A stretch of 63,382 nucleotides of DNA from an uncultured Bacteroidota bacterium (lineage in GTDB: Bacteria; Bacteroidota; Bacteroidia; UKL13-3). The DNA lies in NCBI GenBank assembly GCA_903834625.1, contig CAILJQ010000265.1, positions 1-63,382 of the forward strand. Direction: 5' to 3'. This document shows, in pieces, positions 46,368-57,250 of the stretch. The translations under genes and the position numbers were made by a program. A model generated the notes under the pieces. The model had not been told where the DNA came from. It did no database searches and saw only the letters and a list, made by a program, of their open reading frames with translations. How positions within the stretch are numbered: position 1 is the stretch's first letter; every line of letters begins with the position of its first letter.

Positions 46368-49300
46368 ATGAGTTTAGCGAGTACAAGTATAAATAGGCCA
46401 GTATTGGCTGTGGTTTGCTCCATTCTCATTGTATTGTTTGGAGCCATTTCTTTTAACTATTTGGGAGTACGTGAATTTCCAAGTATTGATCCTCCTGTAA
46501 TTACTGTTAGAACAGGCTACACAGGTGCCAACCCAGAAATCATAGAATCTCAAATCACGGAACCTCTTGAAAAGGCCATCAATGGGATTGCAGGCATTCG
46601 TTCTATTTCTTCCTCTAGCAACCAAGGAAGCAGCGTAATTACGGTTGAATTTAATTTGGGTGAAAATTTAGAAGAGGCTGCCAATGATGTGCGCGATAAG
46701 GTTTCGCAAAGTATTAGGCAGTTGCCGCAAGACTTAGATGCTCCGCCTGTAGTTAGTAAGGCAGATGCAAATTCAGATGCCATAGTTTCCTTGACATTAC
46801 AAAGTGATTCGCGCTCTAAATTGGAATTGAATGATTATGCAGAGAACGTTATCATGGAACGTTTACAAACCATACCAGGTGTAAGCTCCATTCAAATTTG
46901 GGGTCAGAAAAAATACTCCATGCGCTTATGGCTTGATCCGGTAAAACTTTCGGCTTTTGGGCTCACCCCCTTAGATGTGAAAGCTGCTTTAGATAAAGAA
47001 AATATAGAATTACCTGGAGGTAAAATTGTGGGTGACAATACTGAGCTATCTGTAAAAACGGTAGGTAGGTATACCACAGAAGAAGAATTTAACCGCATTG
47101 TTTTGCGCAATACAGGAACGGAAATTGTTAGATTAGCAGATGTGGGCAGGGCAGTGCTTGGACCAGAGAATGAAGAAACCATTTTAAAATCATCTGGCGT
47201 ACCTATGATAGGTTTGGGATTGGTACCACAACCCGGAGCGAATTATATAGAAATTGCAGATGAGTTTTACCGCAGGTATGACCTCATTAAAAAAGAAGTT
47301 CCATCAGACATTAAATTGGATATAGCATTAGACAATACTCGTTTTGTTCGTACCTCTATTACAGAAGTTTCTGAAACCTTGTTGATAGCTTTTTTATTGG
47401 TGGTATTGATTATCTTTTTGTTTTTCCGCGATTGGTTAATTGCCTTCAGACCATTAGTAGATATACCTGTTTCATTGATTGGTTCATTTTTTATCATGTA
47501 CCTTTCTGGCTTTTCTATAAATATCCTCACATTGTTAGCCATTGTTTTGGCTACAGGTTTGGTGGTAGATGATGGTATTGTAGTTACCGAAAATATCTTC
47601 AAAAAAATTGAAGAAGGATTAAGTCCGCGCGAAGCTGCTATTAAGGGAACCAATGAAATCTTCTTTGCGGTAATTGCCACTTCTATTACCTTAGCGGTGG
47701 TATTTTTACCTATCATTTTTATTCAAGGTTTTGTAGGTAGGTTGTTCAGAGAGTTTGGGGTGGTGGTGGCCGGATCGGTCTTAATTTCTGCCTTTGTGAG
47801 CTTAACACTCACACCCGTTTTAAATGTTTACTTACAAAGAAAAAACAAAGGGCATTCTAAATTTTATGAGCGTACTGAGCCATTTTTTGTCAAACTTAAT
47901 GAAGCTTATGCGCGCACCCTTGAAGGCTTTTTTCGCAAGAGTTGGCAAGTATGGCTTATCATAGGAACAAGCATAGGATTGATTTATGTAATCTGGACCA
48001 ATTTGCCATCTGAGCTTTCGCCAATGGATGACAGAAGCTGGATGCGTGTAATGGCAACTGCGCCAGAGGGAGCTTCTTTTGATTACATGGATGCCTACAT
48101 GGATCAAGTGTCAAAATTGATTGATGATTCTGTTCCGGAGAAACGTTTAACCCTAGTGGTAACTGCACCTGGTTTTACGGGAAGCGGTGCAATGAACACA
48201 GGTTTTGTAAGGGTTATTCTTCCTGAACCAAGTGATCGTAAACGCAGTCAGAACCAAATAGCCATGAAGCTGCAGCAACAGTTGGGTTCCTTACAAGGAG
48301 CCAAATCGTTTGTAATACAAGACCAAACCATTAGTGGTACAGGAGGTTCAAGGGCTGGTTTGCCTGTTCAATTTATTTTGCAAAATCAAGATTTTTCTAA
48401 AATACAAAGCTACTTGCCTAAGTTTTTAGATGAAGCCAATAACAGCAGGGTGTTTCAAGGGGTAGATGTGAACCTAAAATTTAACCGACCAGAATTGCTG
48501 ATTAATTTTGATAGGGAGAAAGCAAAGAATTTAGGAGTAAGCATTCAATCTGTTGCACAAACCTTGCAATTTGCCTATGGTGGCATTAGATATGGATACT
48601 TTACAAAGAGTGGTAAACAGTACCAAATTATTGGTCAGGTAGACCGTGAGCACCGAGATGATCCGGTTGATTTAAAATCTTTATACGTAAGAAACGATAG
48701 AGGAGAATTGATTCAGCTCGATAATTTAATTTATGTAGAAGAACAAAGCAGTCCGCCTCAATTATACCATTACAATAGGTACAAGGCCGCTACAGTAAGC
48801 GCTGGACTTGCACCTGGCAAAACCATTGGAGATGGAATTGAAGAAATGAAACGCATTCAAAGCAAAGTTTTGGATGATAGTTTTACCGCAGATTTGGGTG
48901 GACCTTCACGCGATTTTTCTGAGAGTTCATCTAATACCTTGTTTGCTTTTGTATTGGCTTTGGTGCTTATTTATTTGGTATTGGCAGCGCAATTTGAGAG
49001 TTTTATTGATCCTATTATAATTATGGTTACGGTGCCTTTGGCATTAGCTGGTGCATTAATTACCTTATGGTATTTTGATCAAACCATGAACATTTTTGCG
49101 CAGATTGGTATCATTGTTTTGTTGGGCTTGGTAACCAAAAATGGGATATTGATTGTAGAGTTTGCCAACCAAAAACGAGAACAGGGCATTCCTAAATTAC
49201 AAGCTGTAAAAGAAGCGGCCGTTTCAAGGTTACGACCTATTATGATGACCAGTTTGGCAACCATTTTAGGCGCATTACCTATTGCCTTATCCCTTGGTGC

Positions 49301-49451
49301 TGGCGCAAAGAGTAGGGTATCTATGGGTATGGTTATTATTGGGGGTTTGTTGTTTTCTGGCTTTTTAACCCTATATGTTATTCCAGTAGTGTACAATTTT
49401 ATGTCGGGAAAAAAGAAAGTAAAAGAAGTAGAGGAGGGAGCATATGAATAG
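46368..49451 (+). CDS. RND efflux permease (AcrB/HAE1-like)
   Basis: 1027 aa with 12 TM helices and two large periplasmic loops, and the conserved LATGLVVDDGIVVTENI motif. Confidence 0.92.
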   Translation: MSLASTSINRPVLAVVCSILIVLFGAISFNYLGVREFPSIDPPVITVRTGYTGANPEIIESQITEPLEKAINGIAGIRSISSSSNQGSSVITVEFNLGENLEEAANDVRDKVSQSIRQLPQDLDAPPVVSKADANSDAIVSLTLQSDSRSKLELNDYAENVIMERLQTIPGVSSIQIWGQKKYSMRLWLDPVKLSAFGLTPLDVKAALDKENIELPGGKIVGDNTELSVKTVGRYTTEEEFNRIVLRNTGTEIVRLADVGRAVLGPENEETILKSSGVPMIGLGLVPQPGANYIEIADEFYRRYDLIKKEVPSDIKLDIALDNTRFVRTSITEVSETLLIAFLLVVLIIFLFFRDWLIAFRPLVDIPVSLIGSFFIMYLSGFSINILTLLAIVLATGLVVDDGIVVTENIFKKIEEGLSPREAAIKGTNEIFFAVIATSITLAVVFLPIIFIQGFVGRLFREFGVVVAGSVLISAFVSLTLTPVLNVYLQRKNKGHSKFYERTEPFFVKLNEAYARTLEGFFRKSWQVWLIIGTSIGLIYVIWTNLPSELSPMDDRSWMRVMATAPEGASFDYMDAYMDQVSKLIDDSVPEKRLTLVVTAPGFTGSGAMNTGFVRVILPEPSDRKRSQNQIAMKLQQQLGSLQGAKSFVIQDQTISGTGGSRAGLPVQFILQNQDFSKIQSYLPKFLDEANNSRVFQGVDVNLKFNRPELLINFDREKAKNLGVSIQSVAQTLQFAYGGIRYGYFTKSGKQYQIIGQVDREHRDDPVDLKSLYVRNDRGELIQLDNLIYVEEQSSPPQLYHYNRYKAATVSAGLAPGKTIGDGIEEMKRIQSKVLDDSFTADLGGPSRDFSESSSNTLFAFVLALVLIYLVLAAQFESFIDPIIIMVTVPLALAGALITLWYFDQTMNIFAQIGIIVLLGLVTKNGILIVEFANQKREQGIPKLQAVKEAAVSRLRPIMMTSLATILGALPIALSLGAGAKSRVSMGMVIIGGLLFSGFLTLYVIPVVYNFMSGKKKVKEVEEGAYE

Positions 49452-50751
49452 TAAAGTTAAATGGTTTGGTTTGTTGGTATTTTGTTTTGGGTTTACTTCA
49501 GTTTTTGCCCAGAACAATTTGAGTATAAAGCAGGCTTTTGAAATTGCTTTGCAGAATAATTTCTCCATTCAAATTGCCAGCAATGATTACACGGTGAGTA
49601 GGCTAAATAACAGTGTGGGCAATGCGGGAATGCTTCCTTCTATTAATGGATTGGTATCTCAAGACAACCAACAAATAGATACCAAACAGAAGTTTTTAAA
49701 CGGCAATGAAAATAACCGTGATGGTGCAAAGAGCAACCAGTTAAATGCGGCAGTAGAATTAAACTGGACCTTATTTAATGGCATGAAGATGTTTGCAACC
49801 AAAAATAAATTGGAAGAGTTGCAAGCAATGGGTAAAACACGTTTGAACCAACAAATTGAAGTGGTATTAACACGTGTAGCGCGTTCTTATATGGAGGTGG
49901 TATTGGCATCGGCCCAATTAAAATCGGCAGAAGAGTTTGTGCGTATAAGTGAAAAAAGACTGCAGTTTGCCAAAGACCGCTTAATGGCTGGCAAGAGTTC
50001 TAAATCTGAGGTATTAAATGCCCAAGTGAATTTAAACAGTGATATTGCAGCCTATAAAAAATTAGCGACCCAATACAAAAATAGTAAGCTAAATCTAACC
50101 CAATTGTTGGGGATGGAATTGACCTTTGATTTTGCTCCTTCCGATTCATTAAACCCTGCCGAAGCAATGGTTTATGATGAAATTAAAATGGCAGCAGCTT
50201 CTCAAAATTCTGGGTTAAAAATGGCTGCTTTGAACAAAGATGTTGCCCAATACCAATTGAGAGAAATACAGAGTGAAAGGTATCCTGTAGTACAATTTAA
50301 AAGTGGTTATTCATTAAGTAGGTCGCAAAGTGAAGCTGGATTTTTGCAATCATCGAATAACGCTGGTTTTCATTATGGAGGTGCGTTAACCCTTAATGTT
50401 TTTAATGGTTTTGACGTTGACCGCAGGATACACAATGCCCAATTGAATTATAAAAATGCTGGCTTACTTTATAAAGACTCTATGCTAAAGGTTGATATTG
50501 CCGTCACGCAAGCTTTTAATATGTATCAAACCAATTTGGAATTGTACCAATTTGAACAAAACAATGTTCAGGTGGCCAAAGAGAATTTTGACATTGCCAG
50601 AGAACAGTATGAGGTTGGATTAATAAGCTTAAATGATTTACGTGTAGCGCAAGTGAATTACCTTCAAACAATTAACAGAATGTTGTCTTCTGCATTTGAA
50701 ACCAGAATGAGTGAGATGGAATTAAAACGTTTGAGCGGAAAGTTGTTGTAA
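49444..50751 (+). CDS. TolC-family outer membrane efflux protein
   Basis: 435 aa with a signal peptide and two repeated OEP halves. Overlaps the pump gene by 8 nt. Confidence 0.85.
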   Translation: MNSKVKWFGLLVFCFGFTSVFAQNNLSIKQAFEIALQNNFSIQIASNDYTVSRLNNSVGNAGMLPSINGLVSQDNQQIDTKQKFLNGNENNRDGAKSNQLNAAVELNWTLFNGMKMFATKNKLEELQAMGKTRLNQQIEVVLTRVARSYMEVVLASAQLKSAEEFVRISEKRLQFAKDRLMAGKSSKSEVLNAQVNLNSDIAAYKKLATQYKNSKLNLTQLLGMELTFDFAPSDSLNPAEAMVYDEIKMAAASQNSGLKMAALNKDVAQYQLREIQSERYPVVQFKSGYSLSRSQSEAGFLQSSNNAGFHYGGALTLNVFNGFDVDRRIHNAQLNYKNAGLLYKDSMLKVDIAVTQAFNMYQTNLELYQFEQNNVQVAKENFDIAREQYEVGLISLNDLRVAQVNYLQTINRMLSSAFETRMSEMELKRLSGKLL

Positions 50752-50752
50752 G

Positions 50753-51730
50753 CTATTTTTTCTTTGGCTTGTCTTTGCCACCAAATACAGAAACGTTCAC
50801 GTACTTTTTAGGATTTGCTTGAAGGTCTTTTAACAAAGATTGTAATTCAAACGACGACTTATTGAGGTTATCATAAAGTTCTTTGTCGTTTACCAATTTA
50901 CCTGCAGTTCCTTCGCCCTTTTCAATTTTCTCTGTAATTAAAGCCAATTGTTTGGCTGTTTTGTTGAGTTGCTCTATGGTTTGTTTGATAGGTGCCTGAG
51001 ACAACGAATCGCTGATGTTCTTGAAGTTCTTAAGGGTAGCGTCTAATTCTTGGTTGTTGTTTTTAAGGGTTTCGGTAAGTGAGGCCATATTGCCGGTTAT
51101 CTTTCCAATTTTCCCTTTTTCACTTTGTAGGAGTTGATCCAATTGTGAGGTTGTTTTACGCAAATTTTCCATGATACCAGCAAGGTTGCTAATACCTGAA
51201 CTTAAATCTGCCGTTCCGCCATTGGCAAGTACTTTTTCAAGTTCTGTTAAAACCTTGTTGAGAGATACCATCACATTTTCGGTTTTGTTTTTAACCGGAG
51301 TAATCATTTCAGAAATGGAAGCTGAAAGGCTATTTTCTATGGTACCCAAAAGTGTATCTCCTTCAGTTATTGGATCAACTAATGAGGGGATTAATAATGA
51401 AATGGCTTTACCACCCAATAAATCCATGCTCACAATTTTGGCCTCTGAGCTTGCCGCCAATTGGATTTTTTTATCGATGAGTAAGGTTGCCATGATGGCA
51501 TTGGAACTGTCGGTTCGGAACAAGGTTAGTTTTTCAACCTGACCAACTTTAAGTCCTTTGAAATAAATAGGCGTAGACTTAACAATGCCATCTATTTTAT
51601 TGTACACCACATAATAGGTGTTTTGTGAAGAGAAGATTTTTTTTCCTCTTAAAAAATTATAACCGAAATACAGGCCTGCTAAAGCGCATGCTGCGAACAG
51701 ACCAATTTTAGCTTCTTTTGAAATTTTCAA
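50753..51730 (-). CDS. MlaD/MCE-domain protein
   Basis: 325 aa with an N-terminal TM helix, an MCE domain (YYVVYNKIDGIVKSTPIYFKGLKVGQV), then a long helical region. Confidence 0.8.
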   Translation of the reverse strand: MKISKEAKIGLFAACALAGLYFGYNFLRGKKIFSSQNTYYVVYNKIDGIVKSTPIYFKGLKVGQVEKLTLFRTDSSNAIMATLLIDKKIQLAASSEAKIVSMDLLGGKAISLLIPSLVDPITEGDTLLGTIENSLSASISEMITPVKNKTENVMVSLNKVLTELEKVLANGGTADLSSGISNLAGIMENLRKTTSQLDQLLQSEKGKIGKITGNMASLTETLKNNNQELDATLKNFKNISDSLSQAPIKQTIEQLNKTAKQLALITEKIEKGEGTAGKLVNDKELYDNLNKSSFELQSLLKDLQANPKKYVNVSVFGGKDKPKKK

Positions 51731-51773
51731 GACAAATTATTTTTAGCAAAAATAAGGAAATAATGCTCCTTTG

Positions 51774-52631
51774 CTAATTAATCTTGTTAGATGAAATAGC
51801 CTCAAACGACTTCTTATACTCGTTTACAGCCAAAGCAATAGCTGAAGACATTTCTTCTACACCTTTTTCACTTCCAAGAAATTCTCTGTCTTTTTTATTG
51901 CTTAAAAATCCAGTCTCAATTAGGATGCTTGGCATTTTTGTTTTCCACAATACCACAAAACCGGCCTGTTTTACACCACGACTAGGTCTGTTAATGCCTT
52001 TGCTAATTTGGTTTTCAACCCTTGAAGCCAAACGTAAACTTTGGTCCATATGGGCATTTTGGAAAAGGGAGAAATAAATATGGGATTCAGGAGAGTTCGG
52101 GTCGAAGCCTTCATAACGCTCTAAGTAGTTGTCTTCAAGCATTACTACATCGTTTTCACGCTTAGCTACATCTAGGTTATCGTTGGCTTTGTGTAAACCC
52201 ATGGCAAAAGTTTCTGTACCATTGATATTGGTGTTTTTAGTACTGTTACAATGGATACTAATAAATAAATCTGCGTTGTTTTTGTTGGCTATGGCTGCGC
52301 GTTCCCACAATTCAACAAATTTATCGCTGCTGCGGGTGTAAATAATTTTTACATCGGGCATTTGCTCCTTTAGTTTTGAACCCAATGACAATGCAATAGC
52401 CAGAGTTACCTCTTTTTCACGCACATCGCCACCATGGCAACCAGGATCATGACCACCATGACCCGCATCTATAACTATAGTTGAAATAGATTTCTTATAA
52501 ATTTTTTTAGAACTGGGTGGGGTAGCTGCAACAAATATCAACATGACCAAAAATGGCACAATATTTTCCCATTTCGGTAAATGCTTTAGTTTAGTTAGAT
52601 TTGTACGCAACATTGAAATCAAGATTTTCAT
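51774..52631 (-). CDS. N-acetylmuramoyl-L-alanine amidase (Amidase_3)
   Basis: IDAGHGGHDPG zinc-site motif and ...SIHCNS. The start is ambiguous (ATG at 52631 or 52613). Confidence 0.85.
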   Translation of the reverse strand: MKILISMLRTNLTKLKHLPKWENIVPFLVMLIFVAATPPSSKKIYKKSISTIVIDAGHGGHDPGCHGGDVREKEVTLAIALSLGSKLKEQMPDVKIIYTRSSDKFVELWERAAIANKNNADLFISIHCNSTKNTNINGTETFAMGLHKANDNLDVAKRENDVVMLEDNYLERYEGFDPNSPESHIYFSLFQNAHMDQSLRLASRVENQISKGINRPSRGVKQAGFVVLWKTKMPSILIETGFLSNKKDREFLGSEKGVEEMSSAIALAVNEYKKSFEAISSNKIN

Positions 52632-55345
52632 ATCAATTGGCTTTTAGGTTATTTAGGTCGTTTTCGATTTATCTATCCGTTCTTTTTATGCTTTCGGTGG
52701 TAAATCGGGTTTATTCTGCCAACTGCTATTTTTATACAAAATTAAACCCTTTATCCGTCATATCTGCAAGTAAAATAAAGTCGATAAACTTAAATAACTA
52801 TTTATCAGGACGTTATATTTTTGAAGATTCTCTCCGAAAGTCGACAAATGCTGTAGTTGATACCTTGGTGAGTGATAGTAACCTGTTACCTCATACAGCC
52901 TCTGCCATAAAAGATAAAGTCAAATACAACGCCAAAGATTCTATTGTGTACAGTGCGGCCAAAAAAACGGCCACATTATATAGTGAGGCAAAAATCAATT
53001 TTGCAGAATATGAGATGACGGCTGCTATTATTAAAATAAACCTCGATAGTAGTTTAGTAAATGCGGTAGGAGAAAAAGACAGTGTAGGTAAATTGGTTCA
53101 TACACCCGAATTCAAACAAGGGTCGGATGAATACCATATAGAAGAAGTAACCTTCAACTACCAAACCAAAAAAGGTTTGATGCGAGAGTTTAGGACACAG
53201 GAAGGTGATGGGTATATTAGAGGGGAGAAGGTAAAACGTGATGAGCATAATAACTTTTATATAAGGGATAGTTATTATACAACGTGTAGTGAGCATGAAC
53301 CACATTTTGCTATTGATGCAAAAAAGTTAAAAGTAATTCCAGGGTCAAGGGTTATAACTGGCCCCGCCAATTTAAGTATAGCAGGAGTAAAAACTCCTTT
53401 GTTTGTGCCTTTTGGTATTTTTCCTCTGAAGCGTGGACAACAATCTGGTTTAATTATTCCCTCTTATGGAAATGCAGCAGGAAGGGGATTTTTCTTACGC
53501 CAAGGTGGTTATTATTTTGGAATGGGCGATAAATCTGATTTGGCCTTAACGGGAGATATCTATGCAAATGGAAGTTGGCAATTAGGGGCACGTATGAATT
53601 ACGCTGCTAAGTATAAACACAATGGAAGTTTTAGTGGGAACTACGCCAAAAACATAACAGGTATGCCAGAGGACAAAGATTATTCTAAGTTCACCACCTT
53701 TCAAATTTATTGGTCGCACAACATGGATGGCAAAGCCAAGCCAGGAACCTCTTTTAGAGCAGATGTAAACTTGGTAGGGAATCAATACTTGGCATTTAAT
53801 ACCTATGCCAATAACAATACAGCCTTTAACAATAATATAAACTCCTCTATCAACTTCAGCAAATCAATGGGGAAGGGGAAATACAATTTAGGAACTACAG
53901 CAAGGGCTTCTCAAAATACACGCACAAGAGATATCTCTATCACCTTGCCCGATCTTACTTTTTCAGTTGCCTCCTTTCAGCCATTTAAGCCAAAGTGGAA
54001 ACCAACCGCAGAGAAATGGTATGAAAAAATTAGCATGAACTATTTAGGAGTAATGCAAAACGTTCTGAACGCAAAGGATAGCTTGTTGTTTAAATCACGC
54101 TCGTCGGCAGATACCAAATTGTTTTTAGACAGTGTGATGCGGAATGGGGCTCGTCACACAGTTGGTATACAGAACGCATTTAATTTATTTAAATATTATA
54201 CTGTTTCTGTTGGGGGTGATTACAATGAAGTATGGACAATGAAAACCCTTCGGAAAAATTTTGATCCAGAAAGCAAATCGGTTCAGACCGAAAATGTAAG
54301 TGGATTTGAACGTGCCTATACCTATTCTATGCGAGGAGGTATCTCTACCCGTTTTTATGGAATGAAGCAATTTAAAAAAGGACGTTTACAAGCTATTCGG
54401 CATGTGATTAATCCTGATTTGAGTTTTTCTTATGTCCCCGATTTTTCTACTGCAGCCTATGGCTATTATAAATCGGTTCAAACCGATACCACCGGAAAAA
54501 CAAGCAACTATACTATTTTTGAGAATAGCTTGTATGGCAGTCCGGGTAGGGGTAGACAAGGTAATATCAATTTTGGGTTGGATAACAACCTAGAGATAAA
54601 ATGGAAAAAAGGAAAAGATACTTCGGAGAAAATTGAGAAAATAAAAATATTTGAAAGTATAAGGGCTGGGGCTAGTTACAACATTTTTGCCGATAGCATG
54701 AATTTAAGTACTATTCCCATTAGCTGGCGTACCACTTTGTTTAAATCGGTGAGTTTAAATGGTTCGGCCACGCTTGATCCTTATGTAAATAAGGTGGTAT
54801 CCGTTAATAACGTAAACTATTACCAAAGAGTAAACCAGTTTTATTTTAATGAAGAAAGAAAATTAGGTGTTATTACCAATGCCTATTTAGGCTTAGGAGC
54901 AGCTCTTACACCTGAGATGTTTAAAAGCAAAGACGCACAGAAAAGAGAACGATTGAAAAAGGAAATGGCCTCAGGTAACTATACAGAAGTGAATATTCCC
55001 TGGTCTTTGAGTTTGCAATACACCATTTCGTATGACTACCGCAGTAAGATTGATCCAACTTCCACGCAATTGGTTCAGAATTTATTGTTTAATGGTACCA
55101 TAAACCCAACCAAAAATTGGTTTATTAATTTCAATTCAGGATATGATTTTAAGCAGAAAAAGATCTCGCATTTGGGAATTGATTTGCGTAGAGAATTACA
55201 TTGTTGGGAATTTACCTTTGCCTGGACACCCTTATCTGCCTATGGAAATCAGTATTTTATTTTTAACTTAAGGGTGAAATCTTCTGTATTGCAAGATTTA
55301 AAAATTCCGAAACGGAAAGACTGGTTTGATAACCGGAGGATATAA
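52601..55345 (+). CDS. lptD: LptD-like large outer-membrane beta-barrel protein
   Basis: 914 aa. The MlaD / amidase / LptD neighbourhood is conserved in Bacteroidota (from memory). Only the TTG starts at 52601 or 52613 leave a plausible signal peptide (RLFRSFSIYLSVLFMLSVVNRVYSA). The first ATG (52688) falls inside the hydrophobic core. Confidence 0.6.
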   Translation: MYATLKSRFSYQLAFRLFRSFSIYLSVLFMLSVVNRVYSANCYFYTKLNPLSVISASKIKSINLNNYLSGRYIFEDSLRKSTNAVVDTLVSDSNLLPHTASAIKDKVKYNAKDSIVYSAAKKTATLYSEAKINFAEYEMTAAIIKINLDSSLVNAVGEKDSVGKLVHTPEFKQGSDEYHIEEVTFNYQTKKGLMREFRTQEGDGYIRGEKVKRDEHNNFYIRDSYYTTCSEHEPHFAIDAKKLKVIPGSRVITGPANLSIAGVKTPLFVPFGIFPLKRGQQSGLIIPSYGNAAGRGFFLRQGGYYFGMGDKSDLALTGDIYANGSWQLGARMNYAAKYKHNGSFSGNYAKNITGMPEDKDYSKFTTFQIYWSHNMDGKAKPGTSFRADVNLVGNQYLAFNTYANNNTAFNNNINSSINFSKSMGKGKYNLGTTARASQNTRTRDISITLPDLTFSVASFQPFKPKWKPTAEKWYEKISMNYLGVMQNVLNAKDSLLFKSRSSADTKLFLDSVMRNGARHTVGIQNAFNLFKYYTVSVGGDYNEVWTMKTLRKNFDPESKSVQTENVSGFERAYTYSMRGGISTRFYGMKQFKKGRLQAIRHVINPDLSFSYVPDFSTAAYGYYKSVQTDTTGKTSNYTIFENSLYGSPGRGRQGNINFGLDNNLEIKWKKGKDTSEKIEKIKIFESIRAGASYNIFADSMNLSTIPISWRTTLFKSVSLNGSATLDPYVNKVVSVNNVNYYQRVNQFYFNEERKLGVITNAYLGLGAALTPEMFKSKDAQKRERLKKEMASGNYTEVNIPWSLSLQYTISYDYRSKIDPTSTQLVQNLLFNGTINPTKNWFINFNSGYDFKQKKISHLGIDLRRELHCWEFTFAWTPLSAYGNQYFIFNLRVKSSVLQDLKIPKRKDWFDNRRI
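54280..54289 (+). repeat. iterated motif copy GGTTCAGACC
   Basis: Inside the lptD-like gene, encoding SVQTE. Confidence 0.9.
54475..54484 (+). repeat. iterated motif copy GGTTCAAACC
   Basis: Inside the lptD-like gene, encoding SVQTD. Confidence 0.9.
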
Positions 55346-55402
55346 GAAATCCAAAAAAAATGGTTTAATTCGAAGCTTCATTTATATAATTTAAACCATA
55401 CC

Positions 55403-56479
55403 ATGAAATACGTTGCATTAAACGATTTACACGCTTCTTTGGGCGCAAAAATGATTGAGTTTGCAGGATACAATATGCCTGTTTTATACAATAACCTTAT
55501 TCAAGAGCATTTGTGTGTGCGCAATGGTGTAGGTGTTTTTGATGTGAGCCACATGGGTGAGTTCATGCTAAAAGGTGAAAAAGCATTAGACTTAATTCAA
55601 TTAGTGACTTCAAATGATGCTTCAAAATTAACAGATGGTAAGGTTCAATACTCTTGTTTGCCAAACGATAAAGGTGGAATTGTAGATGATTTGTTGGTGT
55701 ATCGTTACAGTGCAACAGAATATTATTTGGTGGTAAATGCCAGCAATATTGAAAAGGATTGGAATTGGATTAGCTCACACAATACTTTTGGTGTAGAAAT
55801 GGTGAACATGAGCGACGACATGAGTTTGTTGGCTGTTCAAGGTCCTAAAGCCATTCTAGCTTTGCAAAAATTAACAGGTGTAGATTTATCTGCCATGGAA
55901 TATTATACTTTTACCATGGGTACCTTAGCCGAAATAGAAGGGGTTATTATTTCGAATACTGGTTATACTGGTGCAGGTGGTTTTGAATTGTATGTACATA
56001 ACAACCATGCACGCAAATTATGGGATGCCGTATTTGAAGCAGGTGCAGAGTTTGGAATTCAACCTGTAGGATTGGGTGCACGTGACACCTTACGTTTAGA
56101 AAAAGGATTCTGTTTGTATGGCAATGATATCAACGATGAAACCTCCCCAATAGAAGCAGGTTTAGGTTGGATTACCAAATTTACCAAACCTTTTAATAAC
56201 CATGAATACCATAAAGCATTAAAAGAAAATGGTGTAAGCAAGAAGTTGGTTGGTTTTGAAATGATAGACAGAGGAATTCCTCGTCAGCATTATGCGATTA
56301 AAGATGCAGCAGGTAATGTAATAGGTGAAGTTACTAGCGGAACACAATCTCCTTCATTAAACAAAGGAATTGGAATGGGTTATGTAACAATTGCCAATAG
56401 CAAAGTGGATACTGAAATTTTTATTGATATCCGTGATAAGGCCATTAAGGCAAAAGTGGTAAAAATTCCATTTATGTAA
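55403..56479 (+). CDS. gcvT: glycine cleavage system aminomethyltransferase GcvT
   Basis: 358 aa with [11 protein letters not shown] and ARDTLRLE motifs. Confidence 0.92.
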   Translation: MKYVALNDLHASLGAKMIEFAGYNMPVLYNNLIQEHLCVRNGVGVFDVSHMGEFMLKGEKALDLIQLVTSNDASKLTDGKVQYSCLPNDKGGIVDDLLVYRYSATEYYLVVNASNIEKDWNWISSHNTFGVEMVNMSDDMSLLAVQGPKAILALQKLTGVDLSAMEYYTFTMGTLAEIEGVIISNTGYTGAGGFELYVHNNHARKLWDAVFEAGAEFGIQPVGLGARDTLRLEKGFCLYGNDINDETSPIEAGLGWITKFTKPFNNHEYHKALKENGVSKKLVGFEMIDRGIPRQHYAIKDAAGNVIGEVTSGTQSPSLNKGIGMGYVTIANSKVDTEIFIDIRDKAIKAKVVKIPFM

Positions 56480-56495
56480 TTAAGCGTTTGTTGGC

Positions 56496-57224
56496 ATGAA
56501 TACAGTTGAAGTAATACACACCCCTGCCTTATTGCCATTGTACAATTTGCAAAATAAGGTAGTGGTGGTAATTGATATTTTACGTGCTACAAGTAGTATG
56601 TGTGTGGCATTTGAAACAGGTGTAAATAAAATTTTGCCTGTTTCAAATCCAGACGAATGCCGCATGTTCAAGGACTTTGATTTTATTATTGCTGCAGAGC
56701 GGAATGCCCAAAAGGTAGATGGATTTGATATGGGCAATTCACCTTTTGAATACGAGAATCCGTTTTTGCAAGGCAAGAATATTGCTTTTACCACCACTAA
56801 TGGAACCAAAGCTATAAAGATGGCTAAGGCAATGAATCCAGCTGCTATTTATATTGGTGCATTTTTGAATATAAGTGCATTGTGTGCTAAGATAAAAGAG
56901 CGTGGAAAGGATTTGGTTTTGTTGTGTTCTGGTTGGAAAGATAAGTACAATTTGGAGGATACTTTATTTGCAGGAGCGGTTATTCATCAGTTGAAAGACA
57001 GCTTCGACATGCAAGATGATGCAGCCTTGTCTGCTTATTATTTATACCAACAACACGAACATGACTTGGAAGGTTTGGCCCGTAAAAGTTCCCATGCCCA
57101 AAGGTTTACCCTCTTGCATTTACAAACAGATGATGTAAAGTTTTGTATGCAACAAGATACCTGCAAAGTTGTTCCAGAAATGGATGGAGAGTTTTTGGTG
57201 AGCCGAAGTGTATTACAGGCTTGA
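56496..57224 (+). CDS. 2-phosphosulfolactate phosphatase (ComB) family protein
   Basis: 242 aa with N-terminal VVVIDILRATSS and NGT motifs typical of the ComB family. Confidence 0.7.
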   Translation: MNTVEVIHTPALLPLYNLQNKVVVVIDILRATSSMCVAFETGVNKILPVSNPDECRMFKDFDFIIAAERNAQKVDGFDMGNSPFEYENPFLQGKNIAFTTTNGTKAIKMAKAMNPAAIYIGAFLNISALCAKIKERGKDLVLLCSGWKDKYNLEDTLFAGAVIHQLKDSFDMQDDAALSAYYLYQQHEHDLEGLARKSSHAQRFTLLHLQTDDVKFCMQQDTCKVVPEMDGEFLVSRSVLQA

Positions 57225-57250
57225 GAAAAACTAAGTTTTAAAACAACCCT

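Noticed and set aside
55346-55402. Possible glycine riboswitch upstream of gcvT
   Set aside because: The intergenic region is only 57 nt, too short for even a single glycine aptamer, and it shows no conserved aptamer core.
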